Of a stretch of DNA of 64,000 nt, positions 43,309 through 58,300 are shown piece after piece. Source of the stretch: a virus; IMG/VR virus record IMGVR_UViG_3300029787_000010, positions 1 through 64,000 of that record. One strand, 5' to 3'. The notes below the pieces were generated by a model that did no database searches, had not been told where the DNA came from, and worked only from the letters and a program-made list of their open reading frames with translations. The translations under genes were made by a program, and so were the position numbers. Positions within the stretch are counted from its first letter, which is position 1. Each line of letters starts with the position of its first letter.

Positions 43309-46300
43309 TCACTCCGTACTGTGGTCACCCGTGTTGAAGTTCGTATCGCCGTCTGCGCCCTTGGGGTGCAACGATTGACTGTAGCGAGGCTCTACCGAAA
43401 AGTCTTCCTTTCGTGCAGCGTCGCTGCGGAAATGTTCCAAGGTGTTCTCACTCATGACAATGCGGGCCACTGGATTGGTAATGTCAGTCTTGTCATAGCC
43501 CGTCACATCCACACCCAAAATTTTGGGTCCGTTGCTGTCCGAAGCAGTGACACTCGTGTTGGGAGCGATGCTGTAGACCGGTGAATATGGAGGACTGCTG
43601 GGCGTACCTGTCCGTGCGGACGGGGCATCACTGGTGTAGATACCGTACTTACCTCCACCTGTAGCGAGGTAGAAGTTGCTGCCGTCTTGAGGGCTGCCCG
43701 TCTTGAGCATACGCTTACCACGGAACAACTGGGCATGATGCTTGTCCAGCGTGCGCACAGGGCGCACAAGGAACTCAATGCGACTGTCGGAGACATTGGT
43801 CTTGCCGTCAGTCGGGTCATGGTTAGCGTCTTGATATGGATTGGATGTAGAAGCAGTGTTAGCCTTGCCCCAACCCTCGTCGGAAAGTGCACCTTGTCGC
43901 ACTGACCAATCCATGATGTAGGTGCCACCAAGACTCCACATGCTGTGAGCATCCGAGATTTTCAAAATACCCTTGACAGGCTGGGCTGACCAACTGAGGG
44001 CTGTCATGTCCAAGTGACCAAGAGTCTGTGAGCCGACATCCTTTGCACCACGCAGCGTGATTCGCTGACCGACGCTTCGGTTGCTGTGTAGACTATGTGC
44101 CTCAGTTGACATAATGATGTACTCTTGACTTTCACCGTCGTTGAGTTCACTCATTGTGTCCACATCAAGTCCTATACGCACACCGTCTGCACCTACAGGG
44201 TCAGTCATATCTGTGTTAGCACTGACTGTTTCAATGCTCTCACTGACCATGGCCTCGGGCTTGAGAAGGCCTTCTTCGCTGTCCAGTTCCAACCTCGCGC
44301 TGATACCACGCTCAATCTCCTCCGCTTGAAGCACATCGTTGCGTGGACGATTGAGTCCTTTACCAATAGTCGGCTCACTTGTCGGCTGTGAGAGGACGAG
44401 GCCGGTTGGCTCAATTGATTCGGACACATCCATTAGCAGACTTTCATTGAAATGCGTGGGCCAGCGCACACCACGACCGTCTCCACGGTCGCCGACACGC
44501 ATGGAGTTAGCCGGATTGAACCAATCCACCGTACCCATGTCTGTAGCATCGTTGTTGACTGTGTTGCTGTTGCCGCTTTGACGGTCGTCGTAGGATGCAA
44601 ACAAACCTCGGTTGGCAGGTCGGTCATTACGACCGCCGTCTGTGTAAGCGTTCTCCGGGTCCCACGCAGGACTGATGCCGAAGCCACGGACAGGGAACCG
44701 GCGAACATCCTCACCACGAGTGTTGCCCCACCAGTCTACAAGGTAGTAACGATGAGCGTTAGCAAGTTCGTAAATCTCCTTGCCAGCAGCATCTCCTGCG
44801 TACATTTTCCGGACAGTAGACGGGTTGCGTAGAACACGCACAGGGCAGCCAAACGGCTTTGTCATTCGGCGACCGTCGCTGTAGCGAACCTGTCGCCCGA
44901 GTTGGTCTTCGTTGAACAACGCACTGATTTGCGTCAGTCGTTCAAGAATACCCGCGTAAGACGCTGGGTAATCTGTACCGGCCTTCCAGCCGTCCGTCTT
45001 GCTATCCTGTTGTACAAACGGCCCGTGGTAGTAACCAAGCAATGCGTTGCTGTTAGCCACTTCCAAGTAGCCCCGAACATACGGTGACCAACGAGGGCGA
45101 TTCATTGGTTGACGCACAGCCATGCGGTAGCCAAAGCAGTAGTTACGAGCATCGTCGGAATCGCTGGTCATTTGTGCATAGGTACGCTCATCTACACCAC
45201 TATTGTCACGGAAACTTACACAGTCCACTCCGAACAACTTGCCACCCCAACCAATCAGCGCCTCAAGGAATCCGTCAAGGCGACTGGAACCAGCGCCGCC
45301 ACGAGAGCCGCCGGGCCAATAGCCTGCAAAGTTGAACTTGTCCGAGCCGATTGTCCCACCTTGATGTGAAAGTGCCGATGTGGCGTCCAGTTGACTGGCA
45401 GTGAAAATGGCTCCAGTGCCACCTACGGAACTGGTGGTAGAAATGCTGATTTCCATTATTGGGAAACGGTTAGTGGTGCTGGCTCCGTCTACTCCGTTGA
45501 CCGTCGCTGGACTTGGATTGTTGGACATTTTGCTGTCATCAATGACACCCCAAAGTGTTGAAACATAGAGTTTGGTCCCATCGTCACTCCAGTCAATACC
45601 TGAAACCCAAGGGGTGGTATCACTGCCGGACTGAGAAACCGAAGCAGATTTGTTAAGGAAGTAAGTACGCAAGTCAAGTGTCACATCCAAACTGGAAGTA
45701 GAGGTGTCATAAGGTGTAGACAAAGTGTACTCTCGTACATAGCCGGACGCTCCACTCAGCCACATTTTAGTCCCGTCCGAGTTGAACAATATGTCGCTGA
45801 TTGTACTTGCGCTGATTGACGCTGATGTACCTTCGGTATCGCCACTGGCCACGATGTAGGGGCTGGCAGTGGAGAATTGACGAAGAGTAGAAGCATACCC
45901 TACGAAATACTTGGTACCGTCTCCGTTCCAAGCGGCGGCACGAATACCTGTTTGGCTTGACAAATTCTTACTACCGGTGAAAGTAAAGGTGCTTGACACA
46001 TCAAATGCGGATGCGAGTGTTGCACTTCGTATGCCGCCGCCATGGAAATCTGTGACAATCATCTTTGTGCCACTGGGGTCAATATCAAATCCGTCACAAC
46101 TGTTGAGGTCCGAATCTCCAAGGCCCGCACTCTGTTGGTCGTAAAGTCCGTCAGTATTGGCAATGTCAATTTTAGAGAAAAATACATTGTCAGTATCGTA
46201 ATCGTTATTGTTACCACGGTTAGAAACAATGATGTCGTCCCCAACTACGCGCATACCTGTCAACCATGTAGTCGTGGCATGAATTTGTTGGAAGTTGATA

Positions 46301-49300
46301 CCTTTGCGGTTAGCCGTCGTCCCTACTGAATCGGACACTGCTTGTAGTGAATATGAAATGGTTTCTTCATAGGGCGGCTTCAACCAGTTCATGCCAAGTG
46401 CAAACGGACCTTTGGAAGCAGCGTAAAAGAAATCATTGTAATGGACTGTTTCATAGTGCTCGGGGATGTTATTCAGTCCTTTCTTGAGTACAGGGCTGTC
46501 CACATCACCTGCTTTTGTGTAGAATGAACGGGAACCATCGTCCGAATAGTAGGTGAATGGTCGTCCGAGATTGGGGTGCCACATACACAGGAACGCATCG
46601 GGAAGATGAAGACTGTTTGTATCACGAGTACCAGTGTAAGTTTGTAAGAGGTTACGAGTGACTATGCTCTTATTTGAATCAGTGTAGATTTCATCAGCGA
46701 ACCGGTTAGCATAAGGCCCGGTCAATTTGACGATAGTGCCCGAACCACTGACAGTCAAGTTAGTCCAAAAGTTCGGAGTGATGTTGACCACTCCAGCAAA
46801 TTGCACAGGGGAGCCAAGTGTCGCGTGAGCCAATGTGCCCACACGGTGCGTGTAAGTAGCCAATTGCCTTTCTCCATTGGAGTCTATATATTCCAATTGC
46901 TCTCCGTAATACGGGTCTACTGGGAACAACTCAGCGTTAGTCACTGTGATTGTTTTAGCAGAATCGTCTTTCGCAGTAGCACGGGTGTTGGGATTGAGTG
47001 AGCGTATTCGGAAATGCTCAGCGTAGATGTCGGGGTAGCAAGTGGGGTAGCCTGCCAATGTAATCTGTGCACCAACAGCGCCGAATGTAGCCCTGTTCAA
47101 TTGATAGTAATGGTCGGGAGTGTGCCATTCTAAATGACGGAAGTATGTCGCTGCTGCCGCTCTTGCGCCGTCTTTGTGCAACTGTGCCCACCAAGGTACA
47201 GTGATGGTGAAGCCGGGCGTGGTTTCTACGAACATGTTCGGGTGGTATGGTAGCGAACGACGACTGAATGCGGGTGAAGCAGACTCCTCTACGCCCAAGG
47301 GATTGTAGAGAGCAAGAGGTGGAAGGTTGGTGAATTGACTACCTGCATCGGGCTCAATGTCCAACATCAGTTCGTTAAGAAGTATTTCACAACCACGCAC
47401 ATCGGCCATGGTAGCCTCAGCAAGAACAAGTGTGTAGCCGCCGTCTCCACTCGTAGAGTGCTCAATAGCGATGACCGTGTTGACCTGTTGACCCGTGAGT
47501 TCAATAACAGACCCATCGGGCACATTGTTAGCAGGCCCGTTCCGGTGATAGCCATTGAATTGTTGCTTAAACAAATTTGGCTGAATAACAATTTGGTAAG
47601 CACCTACTTCCATAGGGTCGGGGAAGTGATTGTTTTGAGTGTAAGTTCCAGCAGCCTCCAGCACAATGCTATGGCCACCTGTCTTATTGGCATCTATAGA
47701 AGCAGCAATACCGTAGCCTTCAAACTTCAATTTTGTCTCTGTGAGCAAGGTGAATGCGCCGCCGTGGATGTCCGATGGAGAAACGGATGCAGTTGGGCCG
47801 GAGAACCAAATCAAGGGGTCACGATGAGGGCGCTTTCCTTCGTCACTGAACTCTTCTTCAACTGAAATAACCGATGCTGCGGAAGCGGCCCTGTGCAAAT
47901 CATACAGTCGTTGATACGCAGGATGAGCGTAATGGCCCGGCATCATTGCCATGGTGGCGTTGACATAATGGTGACCCATGCGAGGGATTGGCATCGGTGT
48001 CAATTTAGGTGTACCCAATTGTGTCATTGGAGTGGTACCGACATTTGGCCAATCAATGGTAGGCATGTCCGGGCTGGCACCGCTGTACTCTGCATGGTCA
48101 CGCAGACGGCGAGCGGCAAAGAATCGGGTGCTACCGGCTGGCATGTAGTACGATGGGACAACCTTGAGTCCAGTCTTCCCAGCCACGAATGACGAGAAGT
48201 CGGGACTGTAGACGACGCCTGTGAACTTGTTTGTCCCCACCCCCGTATACGAAGCGATGACGCCTTTATCGGTCGTCGGGTCATAAACGCGCAGGAAATA
48301 CCGACCGCTACTTTGCTCGTTTGAATCTGTCCATGTAGCCGCTTCGGGTGTAGACCCGACGGTGATTTCTGTACCGCTGAAACTGGAGTAGGTCAGTTCG
48401 TCAACATCGTACCGATGCGTCATGGTCGCACCCATTTTTGTCACATGGAAGTGCAGGGCACGGTCGTGTGGCTCATAGGCTGTCTTGAGAGAAGCGTTAT
48501 CCGTATGTTGCTGCCAGCCCTGCGTTGAACTGTTAGGGAACGCAAGTCGGTCATTACTTACATCTGACCCATCTTGAGAAAGGTGTTCCCACCCATTGTT
48601 CTCCCAAGTTGGCCAAAGGCGAGGACCGGTGTAGGTATCAGCAAAGGTGTCCTTGACAGCCCCTTCTCCCTGCAACGGGTGCATAATACCGCCAGCCCCC
48701 ATCGTTTCGGTTTGGTAGCCCTGTATTCGGTCAAATCCGGGTCGCACGATGATGTTGCCCGGAATCTCGTTCGCAAGTGGTAGACGGATGCGCATGTTTG
48801 GTGAGACACCGTCACCGGCAAGCGAAGGGGCCAAGCCCTCAAGGTCCCGGTCGCTGACATGTCGGAAGTCATAGATGATGGTACCCAGTGGACTACCTCC
48901 TTCTAACCGGTGCTCTTGCCCTGTATCGTCAACGACCTGTAAACTTCGGAACTGCAATTCTTCGTTGGGTATGTTGAGTGCACTTTCTACAAGTGGATAG
49001 TTCAGTTCCAATTGCGGATGGCTCAATTCTTGCGCTTGGATAAGTGGCATCATGGCTTTATTTGTGGTTTCAAAAGAAAACCGATTGTTACCAAGGACTT
49101 TTTCACCCACTGTTTTGTAAGTTGAGGAGTCTTTGCGCACGACCCATGGTGTCATGCCCAGTCCACGAGCGTTGCTGGCAGGAAGCGTGAGGTTGCCACC
49201 GTCCATTCGCTTCCAAACGACATGTTCTTCAAGGAAATTACGAGCAGCCTGTCGCCCGTTGTAATACTTGTACAGACCTTCACTTGTGCTGTAATACTGT

Positions 49301-52300
49301 ATTTTGGTTGTCACACCCGTACACTCAACTCCATAGGTTGCACTGTCTTCGTGATTGGCGCGTGCCGGTACGATTGACTTATCCCAAAACAAATCACCTG
49401 TCGGACTGTGACAGGCATCGCCGCGACTAATGTGAGAAGCGGCTGTGACTCGTGAATGCCAGTAGGCTTCCGTGCCGACCGCTGGATAGGAGGTGGCTTT
49501 TTGTGGGAAAGAAGTTGTTGTATTGACCATAGTAGCCTCAATGTGAGGCCCGGCAGTAGCGTGTGAAACATAGCGGTCTTTGTTGTGTACCTTACCAGTG
49601 TTCCAAGCAACCGTGCCAGCATTAGCAAGCGTGGCACTTCGTTTCACATCCAACCAGTCCCCCATGGCAATAATGCCGTCTCGGTCGGTCTTTGCGATGA
49701 GTGGCAATTCGCTTTCGTGCGTCACAGCAATCAAGTGTCGGGAAGCAAGACCATGAACGCAACTTTCCGATGACAAAGTAGTGATGGTGTCTATAGAGCC
49801 ATGAGGGGAAACGCTGCCTATACAAGACTCTGCACTACCGTATGGAGAGAACCCTAAGAATGGGTGCCATGCACCGAGTCCGGCAGCAAAGGTGGAGGTA
49901 GTGCCTACTTCCAATGAGTTGAGATATGAGTATCGTTCACCTGCCCAACCTACTGCGCCAATCGGTTTCGTGCGGTCAACGGCGTCCATAAGTCCGTTGA
50001 AGTGCACTTGTGTACGCTCATTGATTGATTCATTGGAATTGTCGTAGCGATGCGTACCAGCCTTGGTCCACACATACACTTTGACATTTGGACCATTGAA
50101 TGTTGCAGAAGGTATGGCTGCCTTTGAAACTGGGTTGACAATGTTACTGTTGGAGGTAATCGTATTGACACCAAGCGTAAAAGTAGCGCCTGTGTACGAA
50201 ACATAGGGTGCAAACCCACTGACTGCTCCATCGCTAACTCTTAGCCAGCCGTATTGAGGTAGTGTGGTAGGAATGGCAGATGTCACTGTAAGGGTCGCCG
50301 CAGTTGGTCCGGAAGCATGTTCAGTGTAACCTGTGTTTTGAACTGCATCCAGTGTCACCCAACCGTAGCGGTCTTGCTTTGCAGCGTGCTGCATAGACGG
50401 TAAGAAGGTTCCACCAATCGCTTTCAATGGTTCAGTACCGGGGAAAGTGTTGATGGATGTAGCGACAACAGCCGCTAACTCTTCTGCATTTTGGCAACGC
50501 GTGGCATCAATGATGAAAATGTTATCAGTGTGGTCCATAGCGGCTTCGGAACCGTAAGTGCCAAGGTATGCTTTGGCCAAAGCAGAAGCAACACGGAACA
50601 CCGACGGGTTTTGTGATGTGCCCGAACCTGTTGCCAATCGCTGGGTGGATTTAGGATGCTTGATGTTACGGATGATATGGTTGTCCAAGAAATGCCCACC
50701 GGGATGGTAGCCGCCGTCCATGTGCCAAACACAGCCACTGGCATGCGTTGTCGGCAAAGAAGCGTGCCCCATCGCCACACCGGCAACATTGGTGAAAACT
50801 TCATTCATCAAATGAGCGTTTGCTGGAGGACTTGATGCTCCTAATTGACTTTGATAATAGCGCCCTTCTCCTGCACTTTGACCGTAATAAGTGGCGTTGG
50901 GTGAACCTTTAGTCGGCTCCCAATTTAAAATGAAATTGAAACCTTGGACATTGGTCTTTTGGTATTCTTTTGCAGGAGGTAACCTTGCTCCGAAGCCTTG
51001 GATAGAAGCATCTCCGTGCGTGATGATGTTTGGAAGAAGAGAAAGACCCGACACTGGGTGATTTGTGGGTACAGCACTGTAGCCGTTACCTGTTTCAATG
51101 ATGTTTGAAAGTTGGGGCTCAAAGGAAGCAAAGTTGTGAGGCACGGCTTGACCCGGTCCAAAGACGAGATAGGTGGTAGAATCGTCCGCTTGTGGCGTAG
51201 AGTCATAACGGGCATGAGGATGTCCAAAGCGTATGACAATGGGGCTTGGACGAGCGCAATTCACAGTGAATCCTCCTCCAGCATAAGTGACACCAGTAGA
51301 TGATGCATTGGTGTTGTTCCCCGCATCCAAGTCCGGACTTAGCATAGCGTCTTGATTGAAGAACGGCATGTGATTGCGACCGTTATGTTGGTTGAGGTAA
51401 GGTGTTCCGGGGAACATAGCCAGCATAGCGTTAGCGTCAAGTAATGCGTACGAACCTGCAACCTCACCTACATTTTGCATTCCACTCGCACCTGTTGGTC
51501 CATCGGCGTACGGATGCGTGTAAAACTCCGAGTAGTCATTTTCTGTACCGTCGTTGATGTCTACGGTCACGCCCGAGAAACCGCCGCCAAAGTACAGAGG
51601 TACCCACCGGTCGGGACTGGGCTTACCCCCACGGAAGTAAAGGAAAGGCTCCCCGTGTTTACTTCCCTTCGTACGAATGCCTTGCAGGTATCTACTCTTC
51701 GCAATGCTGTTTTGCTTTACCAGTATGTCTCCTGCCACAGCAGTTGTCAAAAAGTCGTCGGAATGAGAAACTATGGTTGCGTGGTAATGAGAAGTTGAGC
51801 CAGCGGTGCTTTGCACACGAGCCCAGTTTTCTTCACCTAACCAAAGTACAACTTGGTTCCCCCATGAGTTACTGTCATTTGAGGCCGGCGTTAATGCCAA
51901 GAACAGTAACTCGTTATTGCTATTATCTGTTTCAATGTGAGGAGTACCAGTGTTGATAGTGGCGATTTCAATCATTGGTGAGTTGACCATGGGTATGATT
52001 CGGTCGCCGGGCAACCTGTAGAAGTTATCTCCACGCAAATTTTGACGCCACAAATCAGTGCTGACAATGTTGTTTTGACTGTTGACCAAAACTGGAGTAG
52101 CCGTGTTAGCGTTTGGACCTCGGAACTTGGTGGTAATCGTCAACAGCGTCTTTGGTAAGTAGCCACAATCAATGCGCATACTGTCGTTGATTTGACTTGC
52201 ACTCAAATCAGCATCAGCGACAGAGGCTTGAATACCCAAGTCGGGGGTCAATGAAGACTCAAAGAGATGGTTAAGTGGTACGACACGGTCTTTGGAACTG

Positions 52301-55300
52301 TAGGCTTTGATTCGCACAGCGCCGGGCTTTACGCCCCACTCACCCAAAGTGCGCCCGTCGGGAGCGTAGAGTCCAGTGCAATCAAAGGTAGTGGCTGCCA
52401 CATCGTCTGTGTTGGGGTCATCCATGTTGATGGCAAAGTTGACGGCCGCTGCCATCACTTCGTCTGTTAAAACACAAGTGAAATTGATACGAGGGCTCAT
52501 GATACGAGTCACTTTTCCACTTTGATAATTGGACCCTATATTCTTGACACCATACAAAAAGTGCTCATTGGACCCGCCAATACCAGCCTTACCCTCATGT
52601 GAACGAGAAGTATAGTAGTAGACTTCACCATTGTTGCCCGAGCCCATGTCATTCAACTGAATCAGCCCACTGTCCGGCAGTCCGAGATAACCAAGAATAT
52701 CTGTGTGCGTGAACGAACCACCATTGTCGTATGGCGAAGCGAGCGTGAACTTCAAGTTGTCATTTGAGCCGTCCTTTTCAACGGAGATGGAAATGCCCAC
52801 AGCAGGAGAATTGTAGTTGTTCCAAAGGTTGCCCTTGAACGACGACTTCGTCCCTGCTGTATAACGCCCGTTGACATCACCTTTCCCGGCCATGTGCTTA
52901 CCGACAGTGAATCCGCCCTGCCCAACATCTCGGTCATCAAAGTAAATGACAATTTCATCGTCAAGTGTTTCGGGGAGATGTGTCAAGTCGCCTGCAAAAG
53001 CCTCGCCAAACTGCCTGTACACGAAGCGTACAGTGTGAGACTTACCACGATGGTCAGCGAGTCGGATGCCGTACATTTGCCCATCACCAATTTTGTCGGG
53101 GCGTATCTCATCGTCGGGGATGTAGGAACCAGCCAACTGATTGACCAAGCCATGCTGCTTTGTCCCAATGTGCTCGTTGTCTCCGTAGATGTGGTCAAAG
53201 CGGACATTTTCCCCATCGGGACCATAACCCCAGCGACTACAATCGGGTGCCCATCCGGGTATGCCAGCCTGTGTCAATCCGCCAAAATTGATGCGACCAA
53301 TCGCCTGTGACCCTACTCGGAGTCCGTTGACGATGACTTGACCACTTGCTTTGGGCTCAAAGTTTGAATCAACAACTGTGTTAGCACTGCGCCCAGTAGC
53401 GTGCTCAGTGGTTGATTCTGTGTTGAGGGAAACGCTGCTTTGAATCTCGGGACCAAAGTCCAAGTTGTTTCGGTATTCGTCCGAAGTTTGCTCAACAGGA
53501 AGGTATTCTCGTAGCGTGGTGATGGGAGCAAACGGGCGACCGAGACGGTTAATTGGCATAGGTGCAGGGTGCATATTTTCGCCATCCTTTTCATTTGGTT
53601 GACACCAATAGTTGCGGAAGCGGCCACCATGCCCAATCAAAAATTCCGGACGATAAGGCGTCTGTGCACGGGATGCGTCTAACCACACACAGAAGTTGCG
53701 ACCGGATGCACCGGGAACCGTTGAGTGGATGACAACAGAATAGCCTTCTTTCCCATCTTCATCAGTGACAATGCGTCCCAAATGTGCTCGCATGTAGCCC
53801 ATATGACTACCACGGTCATGGCTACCAAACGCTGTGTCTTTGTTCCAAAACGGAGCAGGGTCATGAGTTGAGCCCGTAGCCGCAAAGTCAGCGCGCTGAT
53901 GTCTTGCTGCTGGGTCTTTGATACGCCCTGTGTTGACAGAAGTCTCACCCTTACCCAAATCAAACCGCTCACCTTCACCCAAATACTGGTCCGCTGGACG
54001 CCGTGCGTGAGTGCGTCCGTTCTTAGCACCTGCTTGATTGATGAGTCGGACCACCTCTTTTGCGGCTGCCTCAATATCAGTTACACCTTCTTTGACACCA
54101 ACCTCGCCTAAATCAATAACAAGGCGGCGAACGAAGTCCATGTTCGTCCAATGCGGGAGATGCTGGAGGCGGTCCTCTTCGTGAGTGGATAAATCAAGTG
54201 TAGATGAACGAATGCCCTTCATTGACAAGAATGCAGGAATGACTCTCGTCCCATCGGGGGTATCAAAGAATGTAGCCTGCTCAGTAGTGTCTTTGAGCAT
54301 TTGCTGATGCAAAGTGTTGGCCTCGGATGTATCAACCGTGGCGTCTTGAGTTCGTGGCATGATTGAACTGACTTGAGGGGTTTGCTCATGATAACCAGTT
54401 GCGTGGCTACCTATCGCTACATTTGCGTTCCAAGTGCTGTTATGCGACATTGACGCTTCTACAAATTCGGACGACGCACTGCTTGCCAAGTTCTTGTTTT
54501 GTGAGGCGAACCCTGCTGCGACATCAATTCCGGAGTTTCGCTTGTCATTGTCGTGGGCCCCGGAACCTTCGTTGTCAGTGCCAATTTTGACAGCGGCTGG
54601 ACTTGACTGAACTTGCATGTGCAAATCTTGGAACGCTATGAACTCCCGGTCATGAGCGACATCGTAAAGCAATACCCTCGCATGCTCTTCTGTAGACTGG
54701 TATGGGTCAAGGTATGCTACGACAGGTATAGCAGATGACAAACCGAGTGATTCATAATTCATCTCAATCGTTTTATTCACATGCTGTACGAAATTGCGAG
54801 CCGTTTCCAAACAAGAGTTCCCAATCAAAAAGTTCTCCAATGGTAGACTGCTACGAGGTATAGTAGCAAGGTCGCCCTCTCCACCAAGGAATCCTTCCCA
54901 CACCTCGCCTTCATTCAATGTTCCACGACTCTTGCAGAAAAGGCCTTCCGTGGCGTGAGGGTTCGTGTAGTGCATGTTCATCCACACAGTGTCACCAGCA
55001 CGCAGTCCACCCGGACAATACGGATTTGCCCAAGCCGTATTGAGGAAATAGTTGGTATTCACCTCGGGGAAAATAGATGTCGTAGTGTGCACATCTATGA
55101 GTGTGATTTCAGTCCCAACTGGAGGATTAAAGCCCGAATCAATTGAAACCAGTGCTAATGAATTACCAGTGCGAGTGTTGTAATGAGCATGTTTAAAGGC
55201 ACTTGCGGTGGTATCATAGTACCTTACACGGTAAGCATAATTGGAGTTAGCAGTTATGTCAAGAGGGAAATCCGACCCGTCTTTCAATACAAGAGTAGGA

Positions 55301-58300
55301 CTACTAAAAGAAGAAACGATGCCTTTCGCACGCTTGTTTTTGATGCGTGCCAAATGTGGGTTGATAGATGGCCCTGCTCTAAACTCAACCGCACTGACAT
55401 ACTGTTTGAGCCCATAGTCAATGTTTCCACCCTGTGTCATGGCGTTCGCTCGGTCAAAGTAGAACGAATCCCGACCCTCATAACCTGCACTGGAGACTAA
55501 GGGGTTGTCAGCCACGCTTTGGTAATTGAGGTTTTCATTGTCAAGCGGTGGCATGACTTGCATGCCCACTTGAAACTCTCGTTTGAAGCCCGCTGAAAAA
55601 GCCCAGTTGTCATCAGCGGCAGCGTTCCCCGCCACTTCTAAATAGCCATTTGCAGTGTTGACCCCACTGTACATGACCCACTCACCATTAGCAGTGTACG
55701 CTGTCCGTAATCGCAAAGCGCCGTTGATGTTTGCCACAGTGACAGGTATTGATGATGGAGCGGGAAAGACCTTGTGATTCGTGACATAAACTCGGCGATT
55801 AGCAGCATCATATTCAGCACTGACAGTTGTGCCTTCTCGGTGGGTTTTGTCTACGACTGAAACAGAATAAGCACTGTGTAAGGCAGGGTCTTCCGGCGAT
55901 GTGCTCGTCGGTCGCCTCCCTACCGGATTCGGTGACCAAGAAGGAGCGGTATATGTAGCATCCAAATGCAACTTCATACTGTTGTCCGGTCCAACCAAAG
56001 CGTTGAAAAATTGGTCATGGAATAATGGAATCTCAACCATAGCACGAGTGCTGGCATACTGCGTGCCCAGTTGATAATCATGCTGAACGCTGTTCAATGA
56101 TTGGAACATACGGTCGTTAATTGTTGTACCATCGTGCACAACAGAACCCTCGTCAAACTTGTTATCCACATGTAAGTTATTGCCTACTGATATGCCAACA
56201 GCCGTTTTCCAAGCCGCAAAAGAATCCAATTCTCTTCCGTCAAAGTCCACGAAAGTGCCCAAGCCTCGTTGACCTGTACTTGAAGTAAAGGTAAATGCAG
56301 TTCCTGTCTTTGATGAATATGTAGCGTAAGCAAAAGCATTATCGGTACCAGTATCAGTGGAGACTGGTTGCTTGAAGTAAATACGCCCATTTTGAGGGAA
56401 GCAGTATGTGCCCCACGATGCCAAGTCAGTGGCGGCGTTGTTTAACGGAACAACAGTGATAGTGGTTGAGCCAAGTGCACTCACTTTAGTTACGCAATCT
56501 CGTCGCAGCGACCAGCCAAGGCGTGAAACAGCACTGGGACTAAAGGTGGGCTTTGTGTTGACAGCCCCTTGACCGGGACCGCCCATGGTCATGGTGACGA
56601 CAGGGGCACCGGGCATAATCTCCTTGACAACAAACGAGTCGGGCGCACCATCGCCTTTGACATTGACGGAGTTGGACAGTGCGTCAGCCACTAACCCATG
56701 TGCTCGCAAAGTAATGTCTTGTCCGTTCATGGACAACTGGAAATCCAATACTTTCCCACGGGACATGACATATTGTACAGCGACTTTATTGGGCGTTGTT
56801 GAGTCTTCCTCAAGCGTCAGCATTTTTGACAGTTGGTTGAAACGAGTGCGGTCATTGGGTTGAACAATAAGTCGTACACTTGCTCCTTGGCCACGATGAC
56901 TGACAATGTCAAACACTTCATTGATAGGAGTGCCTTGATTGCTGTTGCTACGAGATTGGCGTATGGGTTGGTAGAACAGTTCTTCTCTGTGAACAATCGC
57001 CGCTGTGCTTCCCGAAGAAATGGTGATACTGGTCGCTGATAATGCTGAAATCTCACCCAAATTTTGACCATGTAAACTGTAAAGCGGAACACCAACAGCG
57101 AACACAGTAGTAGCATCAACGCCACTGACGGTAAAGTTAGTAGTAGATGCCGCATAGCCACCTGCGTTATTGACGAGGACGCCTGTGCGGACACGACGAC
57201 CATGAGCAAACTTTGCTTTGAAATTACCATTGGAGTCAACCTCCGAACCAAGGTCTTCTACTTCGGACGGGGTTACAATCAATTTATGGAAGTAGGACGG
57301 ACGAGCGTTATCATCGTAGAACGCAGTGGGTATGATACTTGGTGCACTTTGTGGACTGTCCGATGAGTGAGACGGCAGGTAGTTTTTAGGTGATTTTGTT
57401 TCATCCAAAGCCCCTTCATGCAGCGTTCCTTCTGTGTCATCACCGATTAAGTCGCCGTCTTCAAAGTAAAAATCCGATGTTGCTCCAAACTCAATGACAC
57501 CACCGGGAGCGTAGAGAACAGCAGTGCCGGCTGCAATGTCCGTATGCATGATGTCCAGCACTCGTGTGCCCGAAGTCACCTCTACGCTGGCCTTGGGCAC
57601 GGTCTTGTTGACAATCAGTGCGCTGCCGTCAAGTGTTGTCCGTACAATAGCACCAGTCACTGCGGCTGTTTGGAAGGCTGAGGTGGGTGCCGAAGAAAAG
57701 GTAAGAGTGGCAGGTGAATGACTGATAGTCACAGTGATGGACGATGCTCCTGCAACTTCGGAGCCAATGAATACCTTGTCAGCCGTCGTTGTTCCTGTGT
57801 CCTTACCAAACGCTTTCGTGCTTTGTAAAGTGATGACATTGCTGCTGTAGTTTGCTGCCAAGCGACCTGTAGCAGCGTACTGCAAGCCCGTGCCACCGAA
57901 GTCAATCGCTTCGTAGTGAACTTGTACAAAGGGTGCATAATCGTGAGTGGCCAGTGTTGGGAGTTTAAGGATGGCAATACGAGGCTCCGACGAAGGTGTA
58001 AGGTGACGAGTATGCTCAGTTCCTGTCGGGTCCGTGTCCTGTAGACCTTTGAGTGCAAACGGCTCTGCATCAAATCCTGTGCCCCCAATAGCCAGTAGAC
58101 CACGCTTTGTGTCATCAATGCCAGCCATTCCATTTTCTACGACCTGTGTAGGGCTTGAAGTAAAGGTAGCGTGGCTAACTGAGAAATCACCAACTTCGTC
58201 ATGGAACGCTACTTCCGAGCCAGCCACGACGACATCTTTCAACTGACCATAGCGACCTGTAAAGGTGGCTTCCATAATTTGAGCAACGGCGTCTACTGAT